This document shows positions 25,456 to 35,236 of a DNA stretch of 64,000 bases, in pieces. The notes beneath the pieces are model-generated. The model searched no databases. It was not told where the DNA came from and saw only the letters and a program-made list of their open reading frames with translations. A program made the position numbers and the translations under genes. The stretch's first letter is position 1, and every line of letters begins with the position of its first letter. The DNA is from a virus (lineage: Duplodnaviria > Caudoviricetes): positions 1,428 through 65,427 of IMG/VR virus record IMGVR_UViG_3300033064_001044; one strand, 5' to 3'.

Positions 25456-25644
25456 ATGAACACCCCAGAAATTTCTGTAATGGTTGTATTAGGTGACCCT
25501 ATGCAATATAAAGCACACTGTCATGAGTGCAATACAGACTTAGGTTTAGTAGGAACTGGGGTTGAAGCCAGCATTACTGCGAAGATGCACTCGACTCTTG
25601 TGCATGGAATTCCTTACCCTGATAAAGAGCAGTTCCTTCAATAA
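25456..25644 (+). CDS. possible small C2H2 zinc protein, antisense to its neighbours
   Basis: CHEC...H....H; TGTTAAACT 6 nt before the ATG (leaderless geometry). Confidence 0.45.
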   Translation: MNTPEISVMVVLGDPMQYKAHCHECNTDLGLVGTGVEASITAKMHSTLVHGIPYPDKEQFLQ

Positions 25645-26791
25645 TATGAATCATCTCTACTGAGAATCTTCCAGTATCTTCGTTGTACCAAACCACTGCC
25701 ATTCCCTGTTGCCAATTTTCCCAGTTTGTTCCTGGACGACCATCAGAACCAACTCCTGAATTAGCAGAAGGAACTGCACCGTCTACACGACACAGACATC
25801 CTGGAGAAAAACTACCGCTACGAATTGGGCCGTCTGCATCAAACGTTGTTCTGTATTGAACTTCAATTCTATGAATGTGTCCAAAAATAGTTGATAGGTG
25901 TGGGGTGTCGTTTGTATAAGCAACCGCTGTATTGCCGTTACTTCTAACCTTATTACCGTGCATTGCACGTAGGTATTTGCCTAACCAAATCTGTGACTCT
26001 TGTGAAGGGTATTTGTCAAAGAATTCAACATTTAGTTCGTCTAAACACAAAAGATTTTGTACGCTTAAAACAGGGTCGCCTTCTAAATCAACAGCCCTCT
26101 TTAAACCGTAGGAGGCTGCAGCATTCCTAGTTGCATGAAGGTTAAGTCTGTTGTCGTGGTTACCTTCTAGTAAAACAATACGGGCATCTGGTGCAATTGC
26201 CCTTTGTTTAGCAAGGAACTCGTGTCCATAATTAATAGACGCTTGAGTTGTGTTTGCAAATGAGGCTTCTTGAGTAAACCGAGAGTGTTCAGGTAAATCT
26301 AAAAAATCTCCTAAGTTAAGGATGTCATCAATACCAAACTGTTCTTGAACATAAGCAGTTACTTTTAACGCACAATCAATTGCTTGTATATCGTGAAAGG
26401 GGTCTAACGTTCCGTCTTCGTAACGACGGTATCCAATCTGTGGGTCAGGTAAAATAACCGCACATTTAAGTTTAGTATTGGTTTTATTGTGACGAGTGGG
26501 GTTCCAATCTAATTTTACTTCGACAGGTGTTGCTGGTCGAATTATTTCCCACTGTGGTCCTTCTTCGAATTTAGGATGTAAAACAATCTTAATCGCTTCA
26601 AGGTCGTGGACTGATGGGTTGCCGTCGTCGTCTTTAGTAACCGACTGGTAATTAGATACAGTAACCCGACTAATCTTCCCAACTTCCTCGCGGTCAATGC
26701 CATTGTTCTTTAACACCTCATCAATCTTCGATTGAATTATGGCATCTTCACCCGCTTTAATTAGGTCATCTAGTGGGTCTATTTGCGACAT
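25574..26791 (-). CDS. calcineurin-like metallophosphoesterase
   Basis: LPDPQ, LGDFLD, EGNHD, MHG, GHIH motifs. Confidence 0.88.
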   Translation of the reverse strand: MSQIDPLDDLIKAGEDAIIQSKIDEVLKNNGIDREEVGKISRVTVSNYQSVTKDDDGNPSVHDLEAIKIVLHPKFEEGPQWEIIRPATPVEVKLDWNPTRHNKTNTKLKCAVILPDPQIGYRRYEDGTLDPFHDIQAIDCALKVTAYVQEQFGIDDILNLGDFLDLPEHSRFTQEASFANTTQASINYGHEFLAKQRAIAPDARIVLLEGNHDNRLNLHATRNAAASYGLKRAVDLEGDPVLSVQNLLCLDELNVEFFDKYPSQESQIWLGKYLRAMHGNKVRSNGNTAVAYTNDTPHLSTIFGHIHRIEVQYRTTFDADGPIRSGSFSPGCLCRVDGAVPSANSGVGSDGRPGTNWENWQQGMAVVWYNEDTGRFSVEMIHIIEGTALYQGKEFHAQESSASSQ

Positions 26792-27045
26792 GAGCAACGT
26801 CCTTGTCTGTGAGTACGAATGGTGTCTCTGCTTATATGTACAACTTTTTCTAGTAAACGTGCTAAATCTGCATGATTAATTTGCGATGCTAATATCGCTG
26901 TAATTTTTGTTTGTTTTTCTTCTGGTAAGGAATCTAACCACTTACCAAATTTGCAGACTTTATATTGAATCTGTGGGCGTAACGCTTCTTCCAAGAGAGC
27001 GTCTAATACCTCTATTGAAGGTTCTTCGTAAACGTTGTTAGACAT
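26779..27045 (-). CDS. small HTH/Zn protein
   Basis: HADLARLL...SRDTIRTHRQGRCSC. Confidence 0.7.
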   Translation of the reverse strand: MSNNVYEEPSIEVLDALLEEALRPQIQYKVCKFGKWLDSLPEEKQTKITAILASQINHADLARLLEKVVHISRDTIRTHRQGRCSCRK

Positions 27046-27119
27046 GTAGGCCCTCTCGTAGCGATTTCGTATACTAAATAGTACACGTAAATTGCTACGA
27101 AAAGGCTACGACACGTAAA

Positions 27120-27350
27120 TTATTCTACTCGTTTTTGAGTGGAAGAACCAGAGTCCCATTTGTAGAATGAACCTGCTGTTTGTGCATTTAATGGGGCAGG
27201 AGTTCCATAAGGATTACTCTCATTTGCCCATGCAGTTCTGGCAGCAGCGGTATTAGAGTTTGAAGCACCAAGACCTTTAGGAGAAGGAACTCCTGTGTAA
27301 CGGTATGGTTGCATACCGCCTTGCTGTGAAGACATTGCGTTGTTACTCAT
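27120..27350 (-). CDS. hypothetical protein
   Basis: 76 aa, low complexity. Confidence 0.65.
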   Translation of the reverse strand: MSNNAMSSQQGGMQPYRYTGVPSPKGLGASNSNTAAARTAWANESNPYGTPAPLNAQTAGSFYKWDSGSSTQKRVE

Positions 27351-27352
27351 TA

Positions 27353-27760
27353 TTAGTCCAAAGATGCAGAGGCACTGTCCATCATGCCTGAACTAGCACC
27401 CATTGCGGATGGAATAATTCTTGCATTACGCATTGTCTGTCCTGCTGCTGGGTCTGAAACACTGTAACGTGCTGTAACTTTGTAAGCAGCACCCATACGG
27501 TCTTGACCAGCAGGGGAAGAAACATTTTTACGGTTCTTCTTAGTTCCCATACCTGTTGGGTCTCCTGCTTGTGTGCTCTTCTTTGGTATTAATGTACCCT
27601 TAACTGCACCAACAGCAATTCGTGCACTGTTAGCAATAATGTGTTGTGCCATTAAATCTGGAACAGCAACATCTGCACTCTTACCTGAAGCAGCCATTGA
27701 ATTACTCGCTGCACCTACACGACGACGCATAGCGTGTCCCATATCTCTATAATCTGACAT
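27353..27760 (-). CDS. hypothetical A/S/M-rich protein
   Basis: 135 aa, AAGGAG RBS. Confidence 0.75.
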   Translation of the reverse strand: MSDYRDMGHAMRRRVGAASNSMAASGKSADVAVPDLMAQHIIANSARIAVGAVKGTLIPKKSTQAGDPTGMGTKKNRKNVSSPAGQDRMGAAYKVTARYSVSDPAAGQTMRNARIIPSAMGASSGMMDSASASLD

Positions 27761-27800
27761 TTCAACTCCTTAGTGTGAACTAAAAGAAGGATACCCTTTT

Positions 27801-28097
27801 TTAGGTTGTTTGAATGCTAAAAACTATGGCGGAAATTTCTCCGTCACGGCTTTCAATTGTAGTAAACCCTGGCTTACAAGTAAGGTCTAACCCCCTTGGG
27901 GCTACATACCCTCTGGCAATTGCCATTGCTTTTACGGCTTGATTTACCGCTCCCGCACCTACTGCACGAACCTTTACTTCATGTTTTTCATATAACGCAT
28001 GGGCGATTGCGGATGCAACGCTTTGTGGGTTGCTTCCTGCACTTACCCTTAAAAAATGTTCTTCCGTAGAAGAGCCTTCTTTTTTAATATCAGTCAC
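27801..28097 (-). CDS. spoVS: SpoVS-like (Alba-fold) nucleic-acid-binding protein
   Basis: LRVSAGSNPQSVASAIA...AVGAGAVNQAVKAMAIARGYVAPRG. Confidence 0.9.
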   Translation of the reverse strand: MTDIKKEGSSTEEHFLRVSAGSNPQSVASAIAHALYEKHEVKVRAVGAGAVNQAVKAMAIARGYVAPRGLDLTCKPGFTTIESRDGEISAIVFSIQTT

Positions 28098-28168
28098 GAT
28101 TTTGTGTTCCTTTAGTTAGTATTAGTAGTGCCCTCGCTCTCTAAAGGTAGGCTCAAATACACAAATCG

Positions 28169-28744
28169 TCAGTCTAAACGCTTCTCGTCTCTATATTTTG
28201 GGTCAGACATTTGAGTAATAACGGCCTTTTCTATAACCCCTGTCCCATTACCTGAGACTAATCTGGCTAAGGCATAGGAATCAGCAGCATTATCATCTGT
28301 AAATTCAACACCCCAACGTTTGTACATTTGCATCAACATCTCTTGTTTTTTAGCGTTGCCTTTACCTGCAGCAAACTTCTTTAAGGTCATTGGGGATACC
28401 TGTAATGGGAATATCTTGTCTCGTTCATACAATTCTAATTTAACTATTGCTGCTAACTCTCCTAGTTTTAAAGCAGCAGGAGATTGAAGAACGCTACCTT
28501 CTATAGCAACATCAAGTATCTCTGCACCGAGTTCTTGAACGTAATCAAGGGTGTCACCAATCCACTCTTTAATATCTACTAATCGTTCAATTCCAAAATA
28601 AGGCGATTTATAAACCCAAGTATAAAACTCAAGTGGGTTGTCTTCAGACAAGGCAGTTAAACCAAATCCAGTTAGTGATTGGTCTATGCCTATGTACACG
28701 TCTTCTTTACGTGTAAGACCTCCGTCAAACGTTTTTGTTGACAA
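28169..28744 (-). CDS. RuvC-like Holliday junction resolvase
   Basis: IGIDQSLTGFG, AIEG, GKGNAKK, DDNAADS. Confidence 0.85.
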   Translation of the reverse strand: MSTKTFDGGLTRKEDVYIGIDQSLTGFGLTALSEDNPLEFYTWVYKSPYFGIERLVDIKEWIGDTLDYVQELGAEILDVAIEGSVLQSPAALKLGELAAIVKLELYERDKIFPLQVSPMTLKKFAAGKGNAKKQEMLMQMYKRWGVEFTDDNAADSYALARLVSGNGTGVIEKAVITQMSDPKYRDEKRLD

Positions 28745-29252
28745 GGCTGTCTACTAAAAAGTTAAGTTGTTCAACACTTCCGTCATTACCAAGTGTTTCA
28801 TCAAAAGTATATGCGTTCATTTCCCACTCAGAAACGTGTTGATTTGCAGCCTCTATGTCTGGTCGTTCTACACGCCATATCTTTCCCTTTAAAATTTTTA
28901 TTGTTCCCGCTTCATTTAAAAACCGAACATCTGTAATTACATATCTTTGGGATTTGTCCCACATTTTACGAAGCACGGCAGCAATCCAAACATCGTCTCC
29001 TAAATAAACACGAGCAGAATATCCAAGTTGTTGAAGCATTTCACGAACTTCAGGGTTTTGTTTAGCAATGTCCCATCCGTATTCATCAACTAACTCATCT
29101 AAAGGGTTTCCATTAATCTTAGGGTTCATTGCGTAAACCATTTTTCGAATTGGGTCAGCAAATGCAATACGTTCAAACCCGTGTTCTGTTACCAAACGTT
29201 CTGCAACAGTATCTTTTCCCGACTGTGCGTATCCCGATAGACCAATAATCAT
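28725..29252 (-). CDS. deoxynucleoside monophosphate kinase
   Basis: IGLSGYAQSGKDT, FADP, ITDVRFLNE, HVSE. Confidence 0.9.
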   Translation of the reverse strand: MIIGLSGYAQSGKDTVAERLVTEHGFERIAFADPIRKMVYAMNPKINGNPLDELVDEYGWDIAKQNPEVREMLQQLGYSARVYLGDDVWIAAVLRKMWDKSQRYVITDVRFLNEAGTIKILKGKIWRVERPDIEAANQHVSEWEMNAYTFDETLGNDGSVEQLNFLVDSLVNKNV

Positions 29253-29737
29253 GAGGAGAATTTATCCTTTCTCATTGTACGAAAATCTGATGAGCGTCTA
29301 GTTATTTCACGGGAGACCAAAGCGGTGTCTCGTTCTAGGTTGTAGAACATAACTTCTACCATCTTACGATAAGCGTAAGACTCCTCTAATTTTTCAGACA
29401 ATCCCAAAATCTTTGGGTCAATGGCAACCTCTGCTTTAATTGCAGTAATGCGTTCTCCCGTTGTCTTTTGACCCATACGAGTAACCATCAATCTTGCAGA
29501 TGCAGAGTCAACGGCTTTCTCTGCGTATCTTTCGTCAACCTGTGCTGCAGATAGTTGGGTTGCTATGTAATTAGACCATGCAGTTAAACTACTAAACAAA
29601 TGGCTTAGGTCTTCTCCGTCAAGGTCGGTGAGTTCTCGTGGCATCTCTGGGAACTCACTTTGTTTTGCTGCATGAAAGAACCCTTGTTTAGTCAATTCGT
29701 CAACCGCTTTCTGTGATGCGTCACCAAACTTATGCAC
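29249..29737 (-). CDS. helical protein, possible UvsY-like recombination mediator
   Basis: All-helical coiled-coil pattern; recombination-cluster context. Confidence 0.5.
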   Translation of the reverse strand: MHKFGDASQKAVDELTKQGFFHAAKQSEFPEMPRELTDLDGEDLSHLFSSLTAWSNYIATQLSAAQVDERYAEKAVDSASARLMVTRMGQKTTGERITAIKAEVAIDPKILGLSEKLEESYAYRKMVEVMFYNLERDTALVSREITRRSSDFRTMRKDKFSS

Positions 29738-30560
29738 TTATGTCTCCAAACTGTTGGCATTGTTTACATCCTAATGCACCGTTGTTGCTGCACTCAAGGG
29801 GAGTACTTGCTTTAACTGCGTCTACAACAATTTGAGCCTTATTAAATATTGGCTCTACAAACTCGTAATCAGCCTTTATAGTGAATTCCCTATAATCCTG
29901 GTCAGCCTTGAGTTCATAAAGAAACACTATTTCTTTAGGAGCGTCTTTGCCAAAGATACGATTTGCCAATTCTAAGTACATTTGACCTTGCAGTAAATGA
30001 CTTCTAAACGGACGGCGAATACTTCTCCAGGCTTTAGTTAAATCACCATCAGCCTTAGCAAGTAGTTCAGGGGCTTCAAAACGTAGGGTTCCTGCACCAA
30101 TTGATTTAATCTCAATTAGGCAGTCATCACCGATACCTTTAATCCAGCCATCAGCGTGACCAGCAATCATTAGTTCTGGAAGGACTAATGGAACTTCTCT
30201 GTACTCAACGCTTTTGTGTACGTCTTTAGAAACAGCCCAAGAAGCAGCGACAGTTGAGTCACTCCACATACCGTATAGAACACCCATTTCTTTAAACCAG
30301 TTTTGCCATTTAGCATGGATTGTGTGCCCTTCGTCAAATATAGATTGTAAACGTAAGTTAGGTTTTTCTTTCTTTACCTCTGCACCCATAAGTGCAAAGT
30401 AAGAGGCTCTTAGACACCAGTCAGCCTTAATCATTTCCGAAGGGTGTAAAACGTTTGTTGAACGCTTTTCTAATGGTCTAGCCATTAAATGCCGTTCAAG
30501 GTCTCCGATAAGACGAGGGTTACTCTTCTTAGCATCTAAGAACTTCTTTAACTCAGTCAT
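29730..30560 (-). CDS. Cas4-like PD-(D/E)XK exonuclease
   Basis: HPS...C, GHADG, IEIKS, QGQMY, C-terminal C...CKQC. Confidence 0.85.
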   Translation of the reverse strand: MTELKKFLDAKKSNPRLIGDLERHLMARPLEKRSTNVLHPSEMIKADWCLRASYFALMGAEVKKEKPNLRLQSIFDEGHTIHAKWQNWFKEMGVLYGMWSDSTVAASWAVSKDVHKSVEYREVPLVLPELMIAGHADGWIKGIGDDCLIEIKSIGAGTLRFEAPELLAKADGDLTKAWRSIRRPFRSHLLQGQMYLELANRIFGKDAPKEIVFLYELKADQDYREFTIKADYEFVEPIFNKAQIVVDAVKASTPLECSNNGALGCKQCQQFGDISA

Positions 30561-30877
30561 TCCGTATCCAATCGTAGGATGAACTCTTTTAGAGTCATCT
30601 TCTTTTTATAAGACTTTTTCCACTTACGAATTTGAGCGTTGCGTTCACGATGTGAAAGCCCACCCCAAATTCCATGTGGTTCATCTCTTTCTACAGCATC
30701 CCACAGACATTTCTGTCTTACTGGACACGGGTTTTTGCCATTTTCACCAAAGCAAAAGGTCTTAGCCCTATCTGCAATGATTGTATATAGTTCTTTATCA
30801 CGCGGTGGATAAAAAGTGTCGGTGTCCTCTCCTTTACACCTAGCCTTATATCGCCATGCGTACGACGGTTCATCCAT
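30557..30877 (-). CDS. whiB: WhiB-family Fe-S transcription factor
   Basis: Four Cys and GIWGGLSHRER. Confidence 0.92.
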   Translation of the reverse strand: MDEPSYAWRYKARCKGEDTDTFYPPRDKELYTIIADRAKTFCFGENGKNPCPVRQKCLWDAVERDEPHGIWGGLSHRERNAQIRKWKKSYKKKMTLKEFILRLDTE

Positions 30878-30880
30878 GTA

Positions 30881-31201
30881 TTACGATTCCTTTGCAAGAG
30901 TCTCCCTCATTTCTAGGTAATCGTCTTCAAGGAGAATGACATAGTTCTCCCCGTCTAGATGGATGCCGAGTATCGGTATACGGCTATCTAGTATTGCTTC
31001 TTTTGTAATCTTCTTTAGAACTTCCGATTTAATAGTGACCTGTTTTTTACCAGTCCACTTATGTTCAATCAGTAAGTCCTCAGAACGTACATCTCCCTTT
31101 CGTGACCAAAAGGCTCCAGAAGCAGCAGTACGAGAACCATTAACCTTTTTGGCTAAACGATTTTCGTGCTTGCGTGATTGCTTCTGTCCTTCTGACTTCA
31201 T
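30881..31201 (-). CDS. Hjc-like PD-(D/E)XK resolvase/endonuclease
   Basis: HE..LAK, SGA, KGDV, IEHK. Confidence 0.75.
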   Translation of the reverse strand: MKSEGQKQSRKHENRLAKKVNGSRTAASGAFWSRKGDVRSEDLLIEHKWTGKKQVTIKSEVLKKITKEAILDSRIPILGIHLDGENYVILLEDDYLEMRETLAKES

Positions 31202-31401
31202 TTTTTCTTTTTGACCTTTATTTGGTCGTATGCAATTAGTGTCAATGCAACGTTCTCGGCTGCTGTTTGCACTTTGTGCATTAAATCTTCTGGGTGTGCT
31301 GTTTTATCGTCAGCAGAACTGCGAACAACAAAAGAGAGCATTTGAAGGTACTCATCCATAGTTACGTACCAACTGCATTTTTTATCATCAACCAAGTTCA
31401 A
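31198..31401 (-). CDS. hypothetical protein
   Basis: 67 aa, overlaps its neighbours in the operon. Confidence 0.65.
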   Translation of the reverse strand: MNLVDDKKCSWYVTMDEYLQMLSFVVRSSADDKTAHPEDLMHKVQTAAENVALTLIAYDQIKVKKKK

Positions 31402-32407
31402 TCACCTTCTTTGCTAATTCTTCTTTAAGTTCAATCTCTTCACGAATACTTGCAATCAATGCGTCTGTACCTTGCCACTTACGTTCACCGTAGTAGTACC
31501 AAGCACCCTTACGCTCTACTATGTCATTGAGGACTGACATTGCTGCAATTTCTTTAGCAAAGTCGTACTCTCCTGGAGCACAGTCTCCTCCTGGAGCAAA
31601 ATAAAAATCAAAGAACGCCACACGTTGTGGAGGTGCTGTTTTGTTCTTTAAACTACGAACCTTGATAACTTGACCAATACGAACTTTATTACCGCTGGGT
31701 CCAATCTCAATCCACTCGTCTCTACGTACCTCACAACGAGTAAAGAAGGCATAGTTCTTGCCTTCTCCTCCTGGAGTTGTGCGAGGGTCTCCGTGCATTA
31801 CGCCAATTTTCATACGGTACTGATTGATAACTATGCCAAGCACAGCACGTTCATCCTCAACCAAACTTCTTTTGATGGCTGAACCAACAACTCTAAAGAA
31901 CTTGTTAGTAAGCATTGCACCACGACCAATGGTTAATTCGTCCATGTTCTTTTCCATCTCAGGTTTAGGAGATAAGGCTGGAAGAGAGTCGATAACAATT
32001 GCGTCAATAGACTTGGATTCAGCAAACGCAATAACAGCGTCGTAGGCTTCTTCCATAATGTTTGTTTCAATAACGATTACACGGCTTGTATCTACGCCAC
32101 ACATTGCAGCGTATTCTGGAACCCATTGTTCTGCTGCAACCCAAACAGTTGTGTGGTCTGGGTTTAGTTTCTGATTAGCAGCAATCGTTTTTAAAGCAAC
32201 AGCAGTCTTACCGTGCGATGCTTCACCAACTAATTCGTTCCACTGGTTTCCTGGAAATCCTCCTCCAAGGACGTAATCCAATGTAGTAGAACCACTGGTA
32301 ATGCGAGGAATAAGGTCAGCCCTAATATCAGAAGCGACCACAACGACGTTGTCGCCAAACCTCTTATTGAGTAATGCTGCAATCTTTTTTGCTTCATCAT
32401 TTATCAT
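31388..32407 (-). CDS. recA: RecA-like recombinase
   Basis: GEASHGKT, VIDS, INQYRMKIGVMHGDPRTTPGG, KNKTAPP, KGAWY. Confidence 0.92.
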   Translation of the reverse strand: MINDEAKKIAALLNKRFGDNVVVVASDIRADLIPRITSGSTTLDYVLGGGFPGNQWNELVGEASHGKTAVALKTIAANQKLNPDHTTVWVAAEQWVPEYAAMCGVDTSRVIVIETNIMEEAYDAVIAFAESKSIDAIVIDSLPALSPKPEMEKNMDELTIGRGAMLTNKFFRVVGSAIKRSLVEDERAVLGIVINQYRMKIGVMHGDPRTTPGGEGKNYAFFTRCEVRRDEWIEIGPSGNKVRIGQVIKVRSLKNKTAPPQRVAFFDFYFAPGGDCAPGEYDFAKEIAAMSVLNDIVERKGAWYYYGERKWQGTDALIASIREEIELKEELAKKVIELG

Positions 32408-32778
32408 CCGTTAATTCTTCCTACGATGCCTTGTGGGTTCCAGTTACTAGCGGTGTCATTTCCTAATGCACCTTTTACATTGCCCTCAACCTTAGCACCA
32501 GTTAAGGCTCCATAACGGGAACCTGATTGACTAATTGGGTATCCGCAGTCATAGCAACGAGGTGCTGAGTTTTGTACTGCCATGTAATTACTGGAACTAC
32601 ATTCAGGACAAGTCTGTGTTTGTTGAGCACTTCCTATTCTCAAATTAACAGTTTGAGGTTGAGGTGCTTCATATCGTGTCATTGGTTGTTGAGACGGAGG
32701 CATCGGGGGAGTAATGTCTTGACGTGGTTGATTATTAGGTTGCTGTAGTTTTTTAGCCCACCAGTCTGCATTAGTCAT
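32404..32778 (-). CDS. zinc-ribbon protein
   Basis: CPECSS...CYDCGYP. Confidence 0.75.
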   Translation of the reverse strand: MTNADWWAKKLQQPNNQPRQDITPPMPPSQQPMTRYEAPQPQTVNLRIGSAQQTQTCPECSSSNYMAVQNSAPRCYDCGYPISQSGSRYGALTGAKVEGNVKGALGNDTASNWNPQGIVGRING

Positions 32779-33203
32779 TACTTTGGTCTCCTTGGCCCTA
32801 CGGTTAATAAATCTAAGTCTACCATCTGTGAAATTGAGCCTAAAACAGATGCCATGGCAATCTGTTGTGTTGTTTTAACTATGTGTTCCCAGACTTCTTC
32901 TGGCATTTCTTCAGCAATTTTTCCCAACTTAGTTCTTTGCAATACAGCCACAGATTTGGCAATCTGGTACGTATGAGCAAAAACTAACGGGTATAAGTGA
33001 GCAACTTTGGAATAACGCTTATCGCTTTCTTCCTGTTCTCTTTGGGCTACTTCATCGCTAACCATGGTTGTTCCAGCAATAACGCTTAAAGAAAAAGCAT
33101 CATCTAATTGGGCATCAAGCAGAAGACCTCTCATACGAAACATGACTTCAGTTGTTAACGCTTCAAGGTCTAATTCAATCTTGCGTTTTCTAAAGAACAT
33201 CAT
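32778..33203 (-). CDS. hypothetical protein
   Basis: 141 aa, coupled ORF. Confidence 0.75.
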   Translation of the reverse strand: MMFFRKRKIELDLEALTTEVMFRMRGLLLDAQLDDAFSLSVIAGTTMVSDEVAQREQEESDKRYSKVAHLYPLVFAHTYQIAKSVAVLQRTKLGKIAEEMPEEVWEHIVKTTQQIAMASVLGSISQMVDLDLLTVGPRRPK

Positions 33204-35215
33204 TCTTTTGCTTCACCCCACTTTTGAACTGTTTTTATATCTGCAATCAATGGGACAATCATATCTGGAAGTTTGACCCCCTCCATGGATTGACGAATTG
33301 CTTCAGCCGTTTCTTCGACTAAATGGTCTGGAGTTAGGGTTACTAGTTCATCGTGAACCGTCAAGAGGACGTTTACCTCTGGCTCAGTCACAAAACAAGA
33401 GTGTGCTCTAACCATAGCCAACTTAATTAAGTCAGCAGCAGACCCCTGAATAACGGTATTAAAGGCTTGTCTTTCGGCTCGTGATTTCATTCCAAGGTCT
33501 TTATTAAGTAACTCTGGAATGTAACGTCTACGACCTAAAACAGTAGATACAAAAGGCAAAGGACGTTGTTGTCGTGCAGTTCTAACAATAAAATCACGAT
33601 AGTTATTTACTGCTTTAAACTTATCGTTAAATAGGTCCATTAATTGATGGCTCTCTTTTACTGTGCAACCAATTTGGTCAGCAATTTTTTCAGGACCTAC
33701 CCCGTAAGACATAGCAAGAACTAAAACTTTACCTGCTCTTCTGTCTACTCCCATACGAGAACCAATGGTTGTGTAGATGTCTCCACCTTGTAAATAGTTT
33801 TCTACGAAGGCTGCGTCTTTTGAAAACGAAGCAATAATGCGTGGTTCAATCTGTGAATAATCAGCAACCACTAGTTTATATCCTGGAGGAGCAATAAACA
33901 GATTACGGATTAATTTTCCATACTCTCCTTGAGATGGGATATTTTGTAAGTTAGGCTCACTACTAGAAAATCTACCTGTCTCTGCTCCATGCGATTTAAA
34001 GTTAGTGTGTACTTTGCCGTTGACTAAAAGACTCTGACGTTCTGTTGTCTTAGACTTTCCACCAGAAGTACGAGTTACATCTCCACCTGTATACGGTGTT
34101 ACGTAAGTAGTCATGATTTTATTTAAATCTTGATACTTCATGATGGAAGCAACTAAGGGGTCTTTCTCACGATAATACTCCAAGGCTTCAGCACTTACAG
34201 AATAATGTTTAGGCCCTACCTCTTCTCCACCTTTTACAGCCTCTAATCCTTTAGGAGTTAACGCAATCTTAATTGTTTTATTAGGTCTAATTCCTCTGCC
34301 ACCCTCAGACTTAGGAGTGAACAGTAACTGTTGTTTTTCTTGTATGGAGTTCATGTGGAACTCACGTCCAGCAAGTTTATAAGCCTCACCAGTAACTTTA
34401 ATAATGTCTTTTTCTAGTTGAGTGTGGAGATTCTTTAACTCTGTTTCATCAATATTTGCACCTGCTAATTCCATATCAGCAAGGACTAACATCAAGTCCA
34501 TCTCTAAGCCCCATACAGTTGTTAAGTTATAGTTTTTAATTTTTGGCTCATAGACCTGATACAACTGCCAAGTTGATTCGGCATCAATGGCTGCATACTT
34601 AGCAACCTCACTAAATGAATGGCGTTCTACTGCTTTACCTACGCCTTTAACAACAACTAATCCCAACTCTCTTTCAGCACAGGCTGCAAGTCCTAAGTTG
34701 TTCTTTGTTCTGTTATCTATAATGAAAGAAGCCATCATGGTGTCAAAGTACGGCTTTGGGCAAACTACTCCTCGGTAATACTTGGCGATTGCTTTAAGGT
34801 CAAACTTAATGTTGTGTCCAACTTTGATTTTGTCACTAAACAATAAAGGCTTGAGTGCTTTAAACACATCCCCTGGGAGTAACTGAGGTGGGGCTGTATC
34901 AAATACTGGTGTCCAGTTATCTTCACGCTTTGAATAGTCTTGTTCACGAACTTCTCTTCCTTCATCTAATCGTTTCTGTCCAGAACCTAGTAACGGCTTA
35001 TCCCAACGAATAAACTCTCCATTGGGATGACCCATTGGTATTACATCTGTGCGTCCTTCAGTTGCAAATGCAATCCATGTAACTTCATTGAGTAATGGGT
35101 GTAGCCGAGAAAAATCATCGGGACCTACAGTTTCAACGTCAAAAGCAAAAGCAGGTTGGTCTAAGTAATAGTCAACCATCTCTAATAAACCTAAAGGTGT
35201 TGTAATAATATTCAT
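33200..35215 (-). CDS. polA: family A DNA polymerase (3'-5' exonuclease + polymerase; no 5'-3' nuclease)
   Basis: FDVET, HNIKFD, TGRFSSSEPNLQNIP, DYSQIE, RRAGK...YG, VHDE. Confidence 0.95.
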   Translation of the reverse strand: MNIITTPLGLLEMVDYYLDQPAFAFDVETVGPDDFSRLHPLLNEVTWIAFATEGRTDVIPMGHPNGEFIRWDKPLLGSGQKRLDEGREVREQDYSKREDNWTPVFDTAPPQLLPGDVFKALKPLLFSDKIKVGHNIKFDLKAIAKYYRGVVCPKPYFDTMMASFIIDNRTKNNLGLAACAERELGLVVVKGVGKAVERHSFSEVAKYAAIDAESTWQLYQVYEPKIKNYNLTTVWGLEMDLMLVLADMELAGANIDETELKNLHTQLEKDIIKVTGEAYKLAGREFHMNSIQEKQQLLFTPKSEGGRGIRPNKTIKIALTPKGLEAVKGGEEVGPKHYSVSAEALEYYREKDPLVASIMKYQDLNKIMTTYVTPYTGGDVTRTSGGKSKTTERQSLLVNGKVHTNFKSHGAETGRFSSSEPNLQNIPSQGEYGKLIRNLFIAPPGYKLVVADYSQIEPRIIASFSKDAAFVENYLQGGDIYTTIGSRMGVDRRAGKVLVLAMSYGVGPEKIADQIGCTVKESHQLMDLFNDKFKAVNNYRDFIVRTARQQRPLPFVSTVLGRRRYIPELLNKDLGMKSRAERQAFNTVIQGSAADLIKLAMVRAHSCFVTEPEVNVLLTVHDELVTLTPDHLVEETAEAIRQSMEGVKLPDMIVPLIADIKTVQKWGEAKE

Positions 35216-35236
35216 TATGCTCCTAGTTAGTTAAGT

